Counted from the first letter of the stretch, positions 25,681-39,836 are shown. The stretch: 64,000 bases of DNA from Octopus vulgaris (GCA_951406725.2 OX597815.1:162130001-162194000), one strand, 5' to 3'. Notes: a model not told the origin generated them from the sequence alone. Translations and numbers: made by a program.

Positions 25681-27179
25681 CATACATACATACATACATA
25701 GTCAATTCAAATAAATGGATAAAAAAGAAGAAAAACAAAGAATGTGAAGACGTGCACAAGAAGTATATTAACTTGATGCTCAGTGGAAGAAGAGAGTTTA
25801 ACATTTCAAGCATAGCTCTTCGTTGGAAAGGAGAAAAAAGAAAATTCCAAAGAAGAGAAGAGAATATATCACCAATGGACCACATGTAGTTACACTGATA
25901 TATATTGGTCTACCTTCAATAGACAGACCCTCAACAGGAAACACGAAATGAGTCATAACACCCCCACTCCACCACACCACACCACACCACATGCCACAAT
26001 ACACAACCTTACAAGTAAAAACAGAATTAGGACAAAAAGTATATAGATGACACAGGTATTAACAGTGTAGTATACCAACCCATATACACACACAAGACAT
26101 ATGAGAGGAAAAATATAAATGAAAGTCACGTGTACAAACAGTGTAATATACAAACCCATATACACAATCTTTTTTCCTATAGCTCTAAGGCCTGATTATA
26201 TCGATTCCAATACTCAGCTGGTATTTATTTCATTGACCTTGAAAGGATGAAAGGGGAAGTTGACTTTGGTGGAATTTGAAATCAGAACACAAAGACAGAC
26301 AAAATACCTATTTCTTTACTACCCACAAGGGGCTAAACACAGAGAGGACAAACAAGGACAGACACATGGATTAAGTTGATCATATCGACCCCAGTGCGTA
26401 ACTGGTACTTATTTAATCGACCCCGAAAGGATGAAAGGCAAGGTCGACCTAGGCGGAATTTGAACTCAGAATGTAACGGCAGACAAAATACCGCAAAGTA
26501 TTTCGCCCGGTGTGCTAATGTTTCTTCCAGCTCGCCGTCTTACACAGAAAAAAGCATTTTGTAATAGCAAGCATACTAACAGTTCTGCCATCTTACCAAG
26601 CACATATACAATGCATGCACACAGAATACACACACACATATACATGTCACACACATATACATGTCACACACATGCACATACAAGCACACAGATACACACA
26701 TATTCACACACATACACAAATACACACACACACATGCACACAAACACAGACATATGTACACACACATACACACAGATACACACACACACATGTGCACAAA
26801 CACACAGATACATATATACACACATAAAACGACACATATTTTACAATAATAAATGACATAATGTGCATTTCTTCAAAATTCCTACCAGTCACCTTGGACA
26901 CTCAATAAAGTGTACTTTTGAATGAAATGTGTATTGTGAGATGGACATGCTGCCATGAGTAACAAGAAAGCAGTAGCAATGGTGCTGTCTTAAAACATAG
27001 GAACCCAGTGCAATTGCTAGGGGTCCCTCACAGATCTAGTGGTCCCCACTATAATCTGTGTATGCTGTAGCTCCCTGTCAGTATATAAATATTATAAGAT
27101 CCAGTGCATTGATTTGCCCAGGGGGCTCAGAGATTTAGAGGCCCAATTCTATTTCTATGTATGCTGTGGTTTGTTGTCA

Positions 27180-27239
<60 letters not shown>

Positions 27240-27424
27240 AGAGTTTACGAAAAAAACAAAAGACGAAGACAGGTGGTGTACAAAACAAACAGATGTATTA
27301 GTATAATGCTCAGGAATAGAAAAAGTCTTTTACATTTTGAGCCTACGCTCTTCTACAGAAAGGGACACAGAAAAAACAAGGAGAGAAAAAAAAATATGTG
27401 TAGTGGCTAACGATCTATCATGGC

Positions 27425-27460
<36 letters not shown>

Positions 27461-27493
27461 TAGTACCTCAGTTTTCGAACAACTCTGATTGCA

Positions 27494-27666
<173 letters not shown>

Positions 27667-28547
27667 CACAGGCATGGCTTGTTTCTAAATCACATGGTTC
27701 TGGATTCAGTCCCACTGTGTGGCACTTTGGGCAGTATCTTCCACTGCAGCTTCAGTCTGACCAAAGCCTTGTGATTGAATTTGGTAGACAGAAACTGAAA
27801 GAAGCCAGTCATGTCTTTATATATATGTAAATATAGGGGGAAAAAGTCAAAATAGAAAATACTAAAATAATTTTACAAAAAACATTTCAGTACCGGTTTC
27901 AGTCATTGAGACTTTTTCAACTGTAAGTATGGGAAAAAATTAAATTTTGGAAAAATTAAAAGAAAAGATTTTTTAAAAGAATATTTGCATAGTGTTCAAA
28001 TACAAGTGGCATTTTTGTTGTTTCTGCCTGTCTCTGTCTTTCTTATTTATTGTTGTGGGTTCGAGGTCATTGTGAACGATATATATATGTATATATTTAT
28101 GTTTGTGTGTGTCTGTTTGTCCCCCCATCATCGCTTGACAAAAAATGTTGGTGTGTTTACATACCTGTAACTTAGCGGTTTGGAAAAAAATACCAATAGA
28201 ATAAGTACTAAGCTTACAAAGAATATTTCCTGGAGTCGATTTGTTTGACTAAAGGGGATGCTTCAGCATGGCCACAGTCAAATGACTGAAACAATTAACA
28301 GAATAAATGAACAAAAGAATATGCTATAGTAAGGTGGTGAGCTGGCAGAATCATTAGCATACTAGGAGAAATACTGAGTAGAATTTCATCCAGCTTCACA
28401 TTCTGAGTTCAAATTCCACTGAGGTTAACTTTGACTTTCATCCTTCTGGGGTCAATAAAATAAGAGCCAGTTGAACATCGGTATCAATATAATTGATTGA
28501 CTGACTTACCCACCTCCTGAAATTGCTGGCCTTGTGCCAAAATTTGA

Positions 28548-28598
<51 letters not shown>

Positions 28599-28601
<3 letters not shown>

Positions 28602-28998
28602 CGCAGGAGTGGCTGTGTGGTAAGTAGCTTGCTAACCAACCACATGGTTCCAGGTTCAGTCCCACTGCATGGCATCTTGGGCAAGTGTCTTCTGCTATAG
28701 TCCTGGGCTGACCAATGCCTTGTGAGTGGATTTGGTAGACGGAAACTGAAAGAAGCCTGTCCTATATATGTATATGTATGTGTTTGTGTGTCTGTGTTTG
28801 TACCCCTAGCATTGCTTGACAACCGATGCTGGTGTGTTTACGTCCCTGTCACTTAGCAGTTCGGCAAAAGAGACCGATAGAATAAGTACTGGACTTACAA
28901 AGAATAAGTCCCGGGGTCGATTTGCTCGACTAAAGGCAGTGCTCCAGCATGGCCGCAGTCAAATGACTGAAACATGTAAAAGAGTAAAAGAGTAAAAG
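28599..28998 (+). mobile_element. tRNA-derived SINE, family 1 (young full-length copy)
   Basis: Complete head to GTAAAAGA x3 tail; inserted at (TA)n. Confidence 0.92.
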
Positions 28999-29823
28999 AT
29001 ATATATATATATATATGAAGACATGTTGGGACAAGCGAAATCGAAATCAAAATCGAATTGAACCAGCCAGGACCCCTGGTCTGGTGGTACGTAAAAAGCA
29101 CTATCCGACTCGTGGCCGATGCCAGCACCGCCTTGACTGGCTTCCGTGCCGGTGGCACGTAAAATACACCAATCCGACCATGGCCATTGCCAGCCTCGCC
29201 TGGCACCTGTGCAGGTGGCACGTAAAAAGCACCCACTACACTCACGGAGTGGTTGGTGTTAGGAAGGGCATCCAGCTGTAGAAACATTGCCAGATAAGAC
29301 TGGAGCCTGGTGCAGCCTTCTGGCTTCCCAGATCCCCGGTTGAACCGTCCAACCCATGCTAGCATGGAGAACGGACGTTAAACGATGATGATGATGATGA
29401 TGATGATATATACATAATATCTTTTACTTAATTCTATTTAAAAATAAAGTCACTCATCAGGTCTAAAATAATAAATAATAAAAAATGAAAAATAATAATA
29501 GTAGAATAAATGAGGGACTATATTTTTAAATAGAATTAATTTTAGTTCGATTTAATTTTGAATCGAATTGATTTTATTATTATTATCTATTTGAAAATAT
29601 AGCCATGTAACGTGCGTAGTCTTTTTACTACTGTTTACTATTTATTGTACTTTATTGATTTAAAATAAGTTTTTTTTTATAGTATATGTTTCCTATATAG
29701 TGTGAATGTGTGAATAATATCTTTCTTTATTGAATTGTTTAATAGTGGTTTTTCTCTAAATTATATACATATATCATATATTGTGAAATTTGATTTAAAA
29801 TTGTTAAATTGAATTTTTCCCTG

Positions 29824-29903
<80 letters not shown>

Positions 29904-30332
29904 GCACTATAGAAAGGTGGTGAGCTGGCAGAATTGTAAGGATACTGGGCAAAATACTTAGTGACATTTTGTCCATCTTCATGTTCTGAGTTCAAATTCC
30001 ACTAAGGTCAGCTTTGCTTTTCATCCTTTCAGGGTCAATAAAACAAGTACTAGTTGAGTGGTGTGGTCAATATAATCAACTAATCCCTTCCGCCAAAATT
30101 GGAAATCAATATATAAATACTATAGAGTCCAGTGCATAGATTTACTCAATGGCTTCATGTGTCTTGGGGCCTAATTCTAATCTATGTATGTTGTGCCTTG
30201 CTGTCGATAAATAAATACTTTAGGGCCCTCACATGTTTAGGGGCTCAATTGTAATCTATTAATTTATGAAAACTGTGGTTTTCTGTCAATATTTTAAAAA
30301 CTGTAGGGGCCAGAGCATTGATTTATCTAGAA

Positions 30333-30533
30333 CAGTGGTTTTCAACCAGGGTTCCGCCAGTACAGTCTAGGGATTCCGCAAGAAGTTACAAAACTGCTAA
30401 AATCAGCAGTAATTTTTAAAACTTCTGTGCAGATATGTGTGCATAAGACTATTAAATTATTGCACAGGGGTTCCTCAAGCCAGTGGAATGTTTCCTTGGG
30501 GTTCCGCTCCAGCAAAAAGTTTGAAAAGCACTG
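30333..30533. mobile_element. hAT (Charlie-like) MITE
   Basis: TIRs CAGTGGTTTTCAA / TTGAAAAGCACTG; perfect 8-bp TSD ATCTAGAA at 30325-30332 and 30534-30541. Confidence 0.9.
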
Positions 30534-31050
30534 ATCTAGAAGCTTATAATGCTGCTAAGCCAGCCTGGGTAGCAGCAATAGCAGCAGTAGGTGATCGCCA
30601 TGCTTCATGAACCAGTAACAATACAATACACAACCCTGACACCATATACCACCATCAACATAAAGCAAATAATATGACAATGCATTCAGAGCTTTTCATT
30701 CAGTTTCATTTGTGAGTACATATGCACTTACAAATGAAACTAGGAATGCAAACAAACAATTAAGTAATGCCTACACTGTAGACCAAAAAGTACTGCAAGG
30801 AATGTTTTCAAGATAAAATAGCAAGTATAAACTACACTGCTTTTTATTATTTTTTCAATTTTTTTTTTGCAGGTGCAGGTGGGGCTATATGATAAGAAGC
30901 TTACTTCCCAACCACATGACCCCGAGTTCAGTCTCACTGCATAACACCTTGAGCAAGTGTCTTCTACTATAGCATCGGGCTGACCAATGCCTTGTGAGTG
31001 GATTTGATAGACAGAAACCAAAAGAAGCCCATTATATATATATATATATA

Positions 31051-31054
31051 TAAC

Positions 31055-31088
<34 letters not shown>

Positions 31089-31097
31089 GTAATAGTA

Positions 31098-31140
<43 letters not shown>

Positions 31141-31232
31141 TAATGATAATAATAATAATAATAATAATAATAACAGTAATAATAATAATAACAGTAATAA
31201 TAATAATAATAACAGTAATAATAATAATAACA

Positions 31233-31277
<45 letters not shown>

Positions 31278-31286
31278 GTAATAGTA

Positions 31287-31329
<43 letters not shown>

Positions 31330-31421
31330 TAATGATAATAATAATAATAATAATAATAATAACAGTAATAATAATAATAACAGTAATAATAATAATAATA
31401 ACAGTAATAATAATAATAACA

Positions 31422-31472
<51 letters not shown>

Positions 31473-31510
31473 CTAATAATAATAATAAGAAGAAGAACAA
31501 CAACAACAAC

Positions 31511-31547
<37 letters not shown>
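31051..31547. repeat. (TAA)n microsatellite, about 500 bp, with internal higher-order duplication
   Basis: Direct reading; source of the poly-N/L/I ORFs. Confidence 0.95.
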
Positions 31548-31659
31548 GGCAGTATAACTCCCTAATATTGTTTGTGATCTAGATATTTATTTTATTTTTT
31601 CTATATGATATGGTTTATGTCTGTCATTGTTTGAATTACATAATAGTGGCTTTTCTCTA

Positions 31660-31691
<32 letters not shown>

Positions 31692-33662
31692 ATAATTCAA
31701 ATAGAGGTTATATTGGATTTTTTTGCTGATAATTAACTCTTATTATAGTTCAAATTTTTATTTGGCATGCAAAATTCTTGTTGTGAATTCATGTGTTGAA
31801 AGAAATACTATTGAACCTTGGGAGGAGCATTATGCTGGTAATAATAAACACACACACTGGTTCAGTCCTTTGTTGTTATTGTTACTTTACTGTTATTGTT
31901 ACTTTTCAAACTCACATGTCAAACACTTTCGTCAAGCAGTTAATCATTCATATGTTCAGTATTGTTAGTGTTGTCATTTCTTTTTTTGTCAAATATTTAT
32001 TTCATTGCATTGTTGCAATCTTTTCAGTGACACATCTCTCTACTTCTATTTCTTATTAACTTCAATGTCTCCATTTTCTTATTATTCATATATATCATCA
32101 TCATCATCATCATCATCATTTAACGTCCGTTTTCCGAGCTAGCATGGGTTGGACGGTTCGACCGGGGTCTGGGAAGCCAGGGGCTGCTCCAGGCTCCAGT
32201 CTGATCTGGCAGATTTTCTACGGCTGGATGCCCTTCCTAACGCCAACCACTCCGCGAGTGTAGTGGGTGCTTTTTACGTGCCACCTGCACAGGTGCCAGG
32301 TGGGGTCCGGCATCGGCCATATATATATATATATATATAGCTTCCTAGCTACATGGTTTCGGGTTCAGTCCCACTGTGTGGCACTTTGGGTAGGTGTCTT
32401 CCACTATAGCCCCGAGCCAACCGAAGCTTTGTGATTGAATTCGGTTGGCGGGAGTTACTGCCGTGTGTGTATGTGTGCGTAGAGAGACGTGTCACTGAAA
32501 AGAGAGAGAGGGATATATATGTATATGTATATGTATGCGTATATATATATATATACACTCACACACACACACATATGTATGTATATATATATATATCATC
32601 ATCATCATCATCATCGTTTAACGTCCGCTTTCCATGCTAGCATGGGTTATATATATATATATATATATACACGGGTTAGTGGTACAACAGGGCACCAATA
32701 TTTACTGGAAATAGCAGTCAATACAAATATGATGCTATTGCAAAGCTTCACTGCATATATACTGGCAAAGACGTGAGAGTGTAACAAACATGAAAAATTC
32801 ATCTTACCTCTCAGAAGAACAGTAGATAAAGGGACACCAAGAATCGAGTAATGCAGTACCTAGGTTTCAGACTCTTCAGATACGTTTGGCAAGGTAAATT
32901 TGATCAGTCTTCACCAGCTGCATTTACCTAGACAATATTTATTTATACTGCTACCCTTATAGGGCTTTGTCTTACTGGAAGGTATTACATTTGTATTGCA
33001 ATATTTATATATATATATATATCATTACTATTATGAAAAAGTGTCACAAGTTCAAAACGTTGCTTTTTTTAGAAAACAAAAGATAGTTTCACCATTCCAT
33101 AACAAAACTGTCGTACTACACTGATAATTTTTGATATCTTGGCATCTGAAGCAGCTGGAGATATGATAGTGTGACCAAAAGAACTGGCTATAGCAAGCAA
33201 AAATAGATGTTGAAAAAAACGCATTTGGTCAAATTTGGACATATGACAGTTTAACACATAGCAATGATATATATACTGCAGGTTGAAGGATATGCAGTTT
33301 TTCATGGATGCAGAGCTGGTAGTGTGTGTGTGTCTTTGTATCTGGGTTTGTCCCCCACCACCACTTGACAAGCAATGTTGGTTTGTTTATGTCCCTGTAA
33401 CTTATTGGTTCAGCAAAAGAGACCATTAGAATAAGTATCAAGCTCTACAAAAAAATATTAAGTCTGGGGTTGTTTTTTTTACTAAAATTCTTCAAGACGG
33501 TGCCCCAGCATGGCCACAGGATCTTTGTGGTTTTCATCACTGTTCACAATTTTGTTAATTATCTTTTAACTCTTTTCTTTTATTTGTTTCAGTCATTAGA
33601 CTGTGGCCATGCTGGGGGTACCACCTTCAAGGGTTTCTCAGTTGAACAAATCAACTCCAGGA

Positions 33663-33725
<63 letters not shown>

Positions 33726-34369
33726 TATTTATTTTTTTTTATAGTCTAGTGCTTGTTGTATTGGTCACCTTGGCTGAATTGCTAAGTTACAGGGATGGAA
33801 ACAAATTAATTATCTTTTATAAGAGAAGCAGAAGTAGAATACACTTGCCCAAGATGCCATACAATGGGACTGAACCTGGAACCATATGGTTAAGTAGCAA
33901 ACTTCTTACCGCACAGCATTGTTATTAAGCTGGTGTTAAGAAGATAAACCATGACTTTATGATGGAAGGTTTTAATTTAGATCAATATAAAGCAGTGAAT
34001 TTACATCAAATAACATATTGGATTGGTATCACAATGAGTAAAATGTCTCAAGGTAATATCTATATTAACAAGCAACATCTGTGCAGAGATAAAATTTATG
34101 GTTTAAGTAATTAAAGGAAGATATGCCTTATAAAGCATTATATTACTTTTCTTGGCCTAAATATCACTAAAGGTAGAACATATACTGAAACCAGTTAATA
34201 TTACAAATGGTTGCAAATCAAAGATTATTTTGGCTTGATCAAGTCTCTGTATTCAGCATGAGCCCCTCTTAAACAATCTACTTTGACCCTCACTAAAAGG
34301 AACAAGTGTCCCCATCTCTCCCAGGGGAGTGACAGTAACATTGTTCTCTGGCTTGATTATCTCAATGTT

Positions 34370-34440
<71 letters not shown>

Positions 34441-34501
34441 GCTCTACTGCTAAGATAGCCACTGACCATATAGTGGGTTCCTGGACATTTAGTGCTTTTG
34501 A

Positions 34502-34554
<53 letters not shown>

Positions 34555-34794
34555 AGCTACTGACAACACTCCACATCATATAGTATACATACTTACACAT
34601 ACTAACACAAAGAGAAGACAAACACTTACACATGCATACATACATACATACATACATACATACATACATACATGAGTGGATTAGGTTCATGGAAACTGAA
34701 AGAAGCCCATTGTATATATATATATATGTATATATTTATGTGTGTTTTTGTGCCTGTGTTTGTCCCCACCACCATCACTTGACAGCTGATGTCT

Positions 34795-35135
34795 CTCATT
34801 CAACTGTGCCCCACACATAATAATCAATCTGGTTGCAGTCTGGGGAGTTATGTGGCCAGATGTTAGGAGTGATGTAGTCACAGAAATTGACTGACCACCA
34901 TGATTGTGCTTTCCTGCTTGTGTGGCATGGTACAGAGTCCTGTTGCCAGATATAGGGTCTTTTAGCAGATACCCTCTTGACCCAGGGCAGCACTACCTCC
35001 TCCAGGCACTTGATGTAGGCCTTCATGTTGAGTCTGAGGCTGTGTGGGAAGATGAATGGAGGCATAATGATGCCATCACTTATGATCACTCCAAACACTA
35101 TGATGTTGATTGGATGTTTGATTTCTGTCACTCTC
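34795..35135 (-). mobile_element. maT (DD37D) transposase fragment
   Basis: QQD-SVPCHTSRKAQSWWSVNFCDYITPNIWPHNSPDCNQI-DYYVW: exactly 37 residues between the second and third catalytic Asp. Confidence 0.85.
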
Positions 35136-35176
35136 GGTATATGTCCTTAGATTGTACTATCCTTATTTGAAGACTA

Positions 35177-35401
35177 TACTCTTTTACTCTCTTTTACTTG
35201 TTTCAGTCATTTGACTGTGGCCATGCTGGAGCACCACCTTTAATCGAGCAACTCGACCCCGGGACTTATTCTTTTGTAAGCCAAGTACTTATTCTATCGG
35301 TCTCTTTTGCCGAACCGCTAAGTAACGGGGACATAAACACACCAGCATCGGTTGTCATGCAATGCTAGGGGGACAAACACAGACACACAAACACACACAC
35401 G

Positions 35402-35433
<32 letters not shown>

Positions 35434-35597
35434 CGACGGGCTTCTTTCAGTTTCCGTCTACCAAATCCACTCACAAGGCTTTGGTCGGCCCGAGGCTATA
35501 GTAGAAAACACTTGCCCAAGGTGCCATGCAGTGGGACTGAACCCGGAACCATGTAGTTGGTTAGCAAGCTACTTACCACACAGCCACTCCTGTGCCT
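35177..35597 (-). mobile_element. tRNA-derived SINE, family 1 (young full-length copy)
   Basis: Complete, CpG largely retained. Confidence 0.92.
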
Positions 35598-35963
35598 ATG
35601 GAAATATTTACAAACTATTTCATTTAATTTTTCATCAATTTAATTGTTTTCTTTCTTAATTAATATCCACCTTTGTTTTACTCTCAGTTGAAAAAGTTGA
35701 AAAGACAGAAACCAGTACTAACAATTACAAAATGTATTTCAAGATAAAGTTATTTTAGCATTTTCTACCTTGTCTTATTTTCTTTATATCTATACACACA
35801 CACCCACACATGCATATATATATAGAAATATTTATAACTACCTATTTATACATATACATATATATATATTCATAGTTATCGCCAAGCTAATATGGTAGTC
35901 CATAAATATAAGACTAAAGCTGCCGTAGTCTCCCTTAGAGAGACTTAATAATTTTAATATATC

Positions 35964-36000
<37 letters not shown>

Positions 36001-36468
36001 TAGGGTGGCCTTAGCAATAGGTATTTTCTAAAAGTTAAACTTTTGCTGCTCCCACCCCCTAATCCTGTTTGAATCAGCAAAATCTAGGGTGTGAAAAGTT
36101 CAGCTCAATCTGACAACTGCTAGGCAACCTTCAAATGCCTTGAAATTGGAACATAGTATACACAATGGTTAATTCTGTTCAAAAGCAGTACACTGTTCCC
36201 TATCTTAACCATTTTCCTCTTTCTTCTTAGAGAAACTAGCTGGCCCCATGCTGACAAAAATGTCTTTTGTCATTACCTATGCATATATACATATCTATAT
36301 GTACATGCTTACATCTATACATATATATGTAAATGCATATATGGGCACAGGACGTCACGAAATAAGTACAACAAAAAATGCAAAGTACGAGTACATGGAA
36401 TATGAATTATTTTTTTCAAACGACAAAAGACACAAATGGAAAACAAGACAAACAACACAAAAAGACGA

Positions 36469-36545
36469 CCCTTCATCAGTTGTTGGCTGTTTTCTACTCT
36501 CGTATTTCGAGCATTTAACAACAAGATATGCTATCAATAAAACAG
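36469..36545 (-). ncRNA. Non-circularly permuted hammerhead ribozyme-like motif (copy C)
   Basis: CTGTTTT..CATAT C TTGTTG TTAAATG CTC GAA ATACG..AAAACAG C CAACAA CTGATGA A GGG. Confidence 0.65.
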
Positions 36546-38351
36546 TTGCTCCCGCAAAGCAAATTCAATAAAATTTGGGACTTTGCGGAGGATCGAAATT
36601 GGTAACACAAAGAGGATAGTGAAAACAAACAGGAAGGACTGCTAAGCCTAAACAAGGTTGTGGTAGTGAACGCGTAAATCAAGCTTGGACAGGAGACAGA
36701 CAAAAACACATCTTCCTTGGTCCAGCTACAATAGAGAGAAAGAAAGAAACACAAGTTAGGAAAAGAAAGAGGGCCAATGGTTACATGGGAGCCACGTGAG
36801 CAAGGGAGGAAGAAGGAGGGAAAGAGAGTGACAGACAAATATATGTTTGTGTGTCTGAGTTTGTCACCCCACAACATCCCTTGACAACTGATGTTGGTGT
36901 TTACATCCCCGTAACTTACTGGTTCAGCAAAAAGAGACCAATAGAATAAGTACTAGGCTTACAAAGAATAAGTCCTGGGGTCGATTTCTTCGACTAAAGA
37001 CAATGTTCCAGCATAGCCACAGTCAAATGACTAAAACAAGTAAAAGAGCAAAAAAATAAAAGAATAGGAGTGGCTGTGTGGTAAGTAGCTTGCTTACCAA
37101 CCACATGGTCCCGGGTTCAGTCCCACTGCATGGCACCTTGGGCAAGTGTCTTCTACTATAGCCTCAGGCTGACCAAAGCCTTGTGAGTGGATTTGGTAGA
37201 CAGAAACTGAAATAAGCCCGTTGTATATATGTATATATGTGTATGTTTGTGTGTCCCCACAACATCGCATGACAACCGATGCTGGTGTGTTTATGTCCCT
37301 GTAACTTAGCGGTTCAGCAAAAAAACCCCAATAGAAAAAGTACTAGGCTTCCAAAGAATAAGTCCTGGCGGTGCTCCAGCACGGCTGCAGTCAAATGACT
37401 GAAACAAGTAAAAGAGTAAAAGATATATATATATATATATATATATATAAACACTTACTGTAAACAAAATAAGAGAAAGTATGTGGCATTCCAAAAGTAA
37501 TAAGTTAAAAAACATAATAAATGCACAAACAAATGGAAAACAGACACAGAAGGTTGCCAATTCCTTGTCAGTTATCAGCCAAAGAATCAATGCAATTTTG
37601 TGCCTTCAAACAATAATATTACTCCCCTCTGGTGGTGTCAACAGTGAGAAGCTACCAGGAAATATTGCAAAGAATTATCGGGGCTGATAGTTACAAGATG
37701 TTAGACCATCACAAATCTCTGGGTGAACAGAGATCAGTAAAAAACCCAGATGCTGGTGCGATTTAGAAAGCACTTCTGCCACATAAAAAGCACTGGTGAT
37801 GGTACCACATAAAAAGTACCCAGTATACTCTGTAGAATGGTTGGCATTAAGAAGGGTATCCAACTGCAGAAACCAAGCCAAAACAAACTATGGAATCTGG
37901 TACTACCCCCTAGCCTTGCCAGCTCCTGTGACGCCATTAACCCTTTAGCATTTAAACCGGCCATATCTGGCCAAAAGTATTCTGCCTGTTTTATGTTCAA
38001 ACTGGCCAGATCTGGTCTCTCAGACCAACCCTACAATATCATCTTATAAATTAACAGCTACCTCATCAAAATCTCATAACTACAAGATAATGCATGATTA
38101 GTTCAAAACAATGTGGATAAAAAAGCATTAATTTTGGCAGAATAATGCAAACACTAAAGGGTTCCATTCCAGCATGGAAAACAGACATCAAAAAAGTATA
38201 ATGATGATGATGACATATATGCATATGCACATGTATATATTTATATATACATACATATAAATATGGGTGGCGTCATTTGAAGGCTAAAGCAATGCGAAGC
38301 GCATTGTGACCAGCGATGTGTAACAACATCTGATGGTCTGGTCGGTCACGT

Positions 38352-38396
<45 letters not shown>

Positions 38397-38399
<3 letters not shown>

Positions 38400-38964
38400 T
38401 ACCGTCAGAAATTAATTAGCACCCTTGATTTTGCTCACCATGAAGCATGGTGGGGGTGGTCTGATGGTGTGAGGGGCGTTCAGCTACAGTGGTGTTGGGC
38501 GGCTCTATGCCGTCGAAGGCAACATCAACGCAGCAAAGTACGTTGAGATAGTACGGGATACCTTTTTGGTGGTGAGGAGTACATGCTGGCCAGTCACCTG
38601 ACCTGAACCCTATTGAGAACCTCTGGAGTCGATTGGGTAGGGATTTGAATGTGCAGCAATACAGGAACCGACACGAGCTGTTTGGGGCACTTCTTGCTGC
38701 ATGAGCGGCCATCCCTGCACAGTACCTGCAGGCACTCATAGACAGCATGCCGACCCGCGTAGCAGCTGTCATTACTGCCAAAGGAGGTGCAACAAGATAT
38801 TGACTAAATTTCACGATTAATAACAATTATGTGGTGTGCTGGGATATGTTTTAATAAATTTTTGATTAAAAACGAGTTCGTTTCTGATAATAAGTTAATT
38901 AAATTAAGAAAATGTAAGAAAATGTAGAAATTTGAGAAGTGCTAATTAATTTCCGACGCAAGTG
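38397..38964 (+). mobile_element. Internally deleted Tc1-like transposon
   Basis: TA-flanked TIRs CACTACCGTCAGAAATTAATTAGCAC / GTGCTAATTAATTTCCGACGCAAGTG; retains GQSPDLNPIENLW and SMPTRVAAVITAKGGATRY*. Confidence 0.92.
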
Positions 38965-39415
38965 TATATAGTTATATATATATGTGTGTGTGTGTGTGTA
39001 AGTGTATGCATTTGCATGTGAATGTGTGAATAATGAAAGAATTATTGGGACTGATAGTTAAAAGTTGTTAGACCATCACTGATCTCTGGGTGCACAGCCC
39101 CCACTGCTGAAACAACTGCAAGCTAATGAACATGATTACATAACTCCTATTCTTTTGTCATTCCTTTCTTAATTACTATGTTCTGCACTGATTTCCTTGT
39201 TTATATAACAGTCCAGAGCTGAATATATCTGTTAATTCATACAAATATCTGCCAATTCTTTCAACCTAGCTGCTACAGCATAGTAATATTGTGGATTATA
39301 AGTCTACTGACTTCTACCACAGCAAAGCGGGTATATAACATGATATGTTATTTATAACATGTGTGTGTGTGTGTGAGTGTGTGTATATATATTTATATAT
39401 ATATATATATATATT

Positions 39416-39449
<34 letters not shown>

Positions 39450-39527
39450 TACACACAAACATATATATGATAGATCGTTAGCTCCTACACGCATTTTTTT
39501 TCTCACCTTGTTTTTTTTCTGTGTATC

Positions 39528-39560
39528 TTTCTGTCGAAGAGCGTATGCTCGAAACATAAA
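39528..39560 (+). ncRNA. Degenerate minimal type I hammerhead (A6-to-U core variant)
   Basis: TTT CTGTCGA A GAGC GTAT GCTC GAAA CA TA AAA; sister copy at 27327-27362(-) also reads CTGT. Confidence 0.45.
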
Positions 39561-39716
39561 AAACTTGTTCTATTTCTATTCCTGAGCGCCATACTAATAC
39601 ATTTGTTTGTTTGTACTCCACCTGCCTTCATCTTTTGTTTATTTTCATAAACCTTCCCGTTATATATATATATATATATCTGTGTGTGTGTATGTATGTA
39701 TGAGTGGATGTGTGGA

Positions 39717-39767
<51 letters not shown>

Positions 39768-39836
39768 TTATGTATATATATATATATATATATATATCAT
39801 CATCATCATCATCATCGTTTAGCGTGATGATGATGA

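Noticed and set aside
30697-30748. Isolated hairpin as possible pre-miRNA
   Set aside because: Too short and essentially loopless; no supporting context.
30967-31582. Long poly-Asn/Leu/Ile ORFs
   Set aside because: Pure (TAA)n microsatellite; no splice or codon evidence.
33069-33310. Possible mariner N-terminal remnant (MRFFQHLFLLA)
   Set aside because: Similarity too short and weak to support a call.
35688-35733. Plus-strand acceptor CTCTCAG with short exon
   Set aside because: Better explained as a degenerate hammerhead-variant repeat matching 27888-27925.
37453-37590. Hydrophobic minus-strand ORF ending at GTAAGT
   Set aside because: T-rich sequence gives hydrophobic translations; no clear acceptor and stops upstream.
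37622-37635. CTCF-like motif CCACCAGAGGGGAG
   Set aside because: Mismatch at a highly conserved position; single unsupported hit.
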